Assembly: GCA_964016885.1 (NCBI GenBank)
Contig: OZ024743.1
Coordinates: forward strand, 77,934,001 to 77,998,000
Direction of reading: 5' to 3'
Length of the DNA: 64,000 nucleotides
DNA from: Eledone cirrhosa
Lineage: Eukaryota
Made by a program: the position numbers and the translations under genes. The notes beneath the pieces were generated by a model, which was not told where the DNA came from, ran no database searches, and saw nothing but the letters and a program-made list of their open reading frames with translations. Below, piece after piece: positions 62,232 to 64,000 of this stretch (position 1 is its first letter; every line of letters begins with the position of its first letter).

Positions 62232-62755
62232 ATTCATGTATACATCGCTCTGAAATAGCGATGTATACATGAATATATGTATAGTATATTTGGCAATATA
62301 CTGTATGCTTAATTAAAAACATTTTGAAGACCTTGCGCTATTGTTTGTTGAAAAAAGAAGTAAGTGACATAGTCACTACTTTAAAATAATAGCTTAAGGT
62401 CTTCAAAATGTTTTTAATTAAGCATACAGTATATTGCCAAATATACTATACATATATTCATGTATACATTGCTATTTCAGAGCACCAATCCTAATTTTCA
62501 ATATATGCTGGACCAGCAATCGTTCTGTATAATCAGTTCCTGATTATTACTGGAATTCTATAAGAATCCAGTATCTATAATTTTCAACAAACATCGGCGA
62601 GTGCTAAGCTCTGATGATCACCAACAGTGTGAAACAGATCTGTCAGCTTATCTCCCTTTGTTTGTTGAAAAAAGAAGTAAGTCACATAGTCACTACTTTA
62701 AAATAATAGCGGAAGGTCTTCAAAATGTTTTTAATTAAGCATACATACAGTATAT
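62232..62755 (+). mobile_element. Retrozyme-like mini element: 317-bp-period direct repeat plus a 5' inverted arm
   Basis: Direct repeat 62341-62435 vs 62658-62755; inverted repeat 62247-62342 vs 62388-62483; adjacent to (TA)n. Confidence 0.8.
62605..62650 (+). ncRNA. Type I hammerhead ribozyme with canonical core and GUC cleavage
   Basis: taagct-CTGATGA-tcac caaca gtgt-GAAA-cagatctg-TC-agctta. Stem I is extended by ttcaacaaaca/tgtttgttgaa. Confidence 0.88.
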
Positions 62756-64000
62756 AAGCACAAGGCCAGCAATTACCCAGTACATTACTGGTACTTTATT
62801 TTATCGACCCCGTAAGGATGAAAGGCAAAGTTAACCTCGGCAGGATTTGAACTCAGATTGTAAAGGGACGTAACTATGCTAGAAAGCATGGCGTCCAACC
62901 CTCTACCGATACTGCCAATTCACACGATAGATAATGATTACAATATTTGTGAGTAAAGACTCTAGTCCCACACTTTTGAAGGTTTATTATAACATCCTGT
63001 GGCTCTTTTGAGCTTGCGCATTTTTCATGTCTAGTTTAATATTTTTTTTAAGGCATCGATTGTAATAACTCTAGTTAAACATGATATATATTAATAATAA
63101 ATTATCGTTGTAATGTAATTAGATTATATAATTGTTATTATAAATGATCTTATAAATATGAGTGTAAGATGTATAAAAATATTTTCAGACTTTTAATATA
63201 AACAACAACAAAAAACAATCAATATTAAATCAATATATTATACATAATAGAAAACATAAAATAAATAAACAATATAAAAATAAATTATTTACATACAATT
63301 GCAATTATCAGTCTATATAAATTTTCTTTATTCCCTGAGCAAATTAATGAGATTTGTTCTTATTGCCCATAATTTGATGACTTTTTGGAGTGTATTAAAA
63401 GATAACAACAATTTGTGATTAAATTGTTATCTTAAGCAACGCCCTTTTTAATAGTTGTTGGCTGAGCGAAATTGGAAAAGCCTATGAGCAAATATTTTAA
63501 AAAATACACAAACTACATTTCCCTGTAATCGGAACTCTGCCTATACTCGATTGCAATATATAAAGAGGAACAAGATACAAAGATATATTTCTTTATTTGG
63601 CACAAGGGCGCAAACAAATGGGACATTACAGAAGATGAATATACGCTATTTTGAAGTGTTTAAAATTTTTTTACAAACAAAAATTTAGAATCGTTTTGTA
63701 CAAATGATAAATTAAAAAATATTTGTACAAACTTTTACGATAGACTTTCATCTTATCTATTGACCGCCTAACCCTAACCCTAACGTCAATATATTACATT
63801 TGTTTTAAAAATAGTTAATATGAATTTAAAAAAATCATATAACGACGAAATAACAAAAATAAATGAACTAGGAAAACAAACAAAAAAACATGGCGGATGC
63901 TTTTGAGCAACACTTACTCTGATTGGTTGAAAATTAGCCAATGGCATGTAATCACCACGGCCACGGTCAGACCTTGAAAAAAAAATTGACGATCTACACA

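Noticed and set aside
63766-63785. (CCCTAA)-like repeats as an interstitial telomere
   Set aside because: Only about 3 units, embedded in repeat-like sequence.

Overview
Repeat-dense, AT-rich animal genomic DNA. The tRNA-derived SINE, RTE and microsatellite landscape resembles an octopus or other coleoid cephalopod genome; this is inference. There is one intact host gene: a minus-strand SLC22 (organic cation/anion transporter, MFS) gene with 9 coding exons between 7017 and 38491. All its junctions are GT-AG and phase-consistent, giving about 550 aa. The rest is transposon-derived: Penelope-like elements (Naiad-type and Neptune-type) with inverted pseudo-LTRs in (TA)n, R4/Dong and RTE LINEs, CRE fragments, three Helitrons, a Chapaev3-like DNA transposon, piggyBac-type MITEs, SINEs and a nested pair of tRNA-Trp-primed LTR elements. 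The most notable signals are: (i) several families of type I hammerhead ribozymes, including two small retrozyme-like units (about 317 and 469 nt) and a recurrent CAGAAGA (U4A) core variant; (ii) an intact hammerhead on the sense strand of an SLC22 intron, next to its own antisense arm; (iii) a mini LTR element whose PBS extends to about 32 nt of tRNA-Trp with an A58>T change resembling an m1A read-through signature. All RNA folds were paired by eye, and no searches or computations were run.
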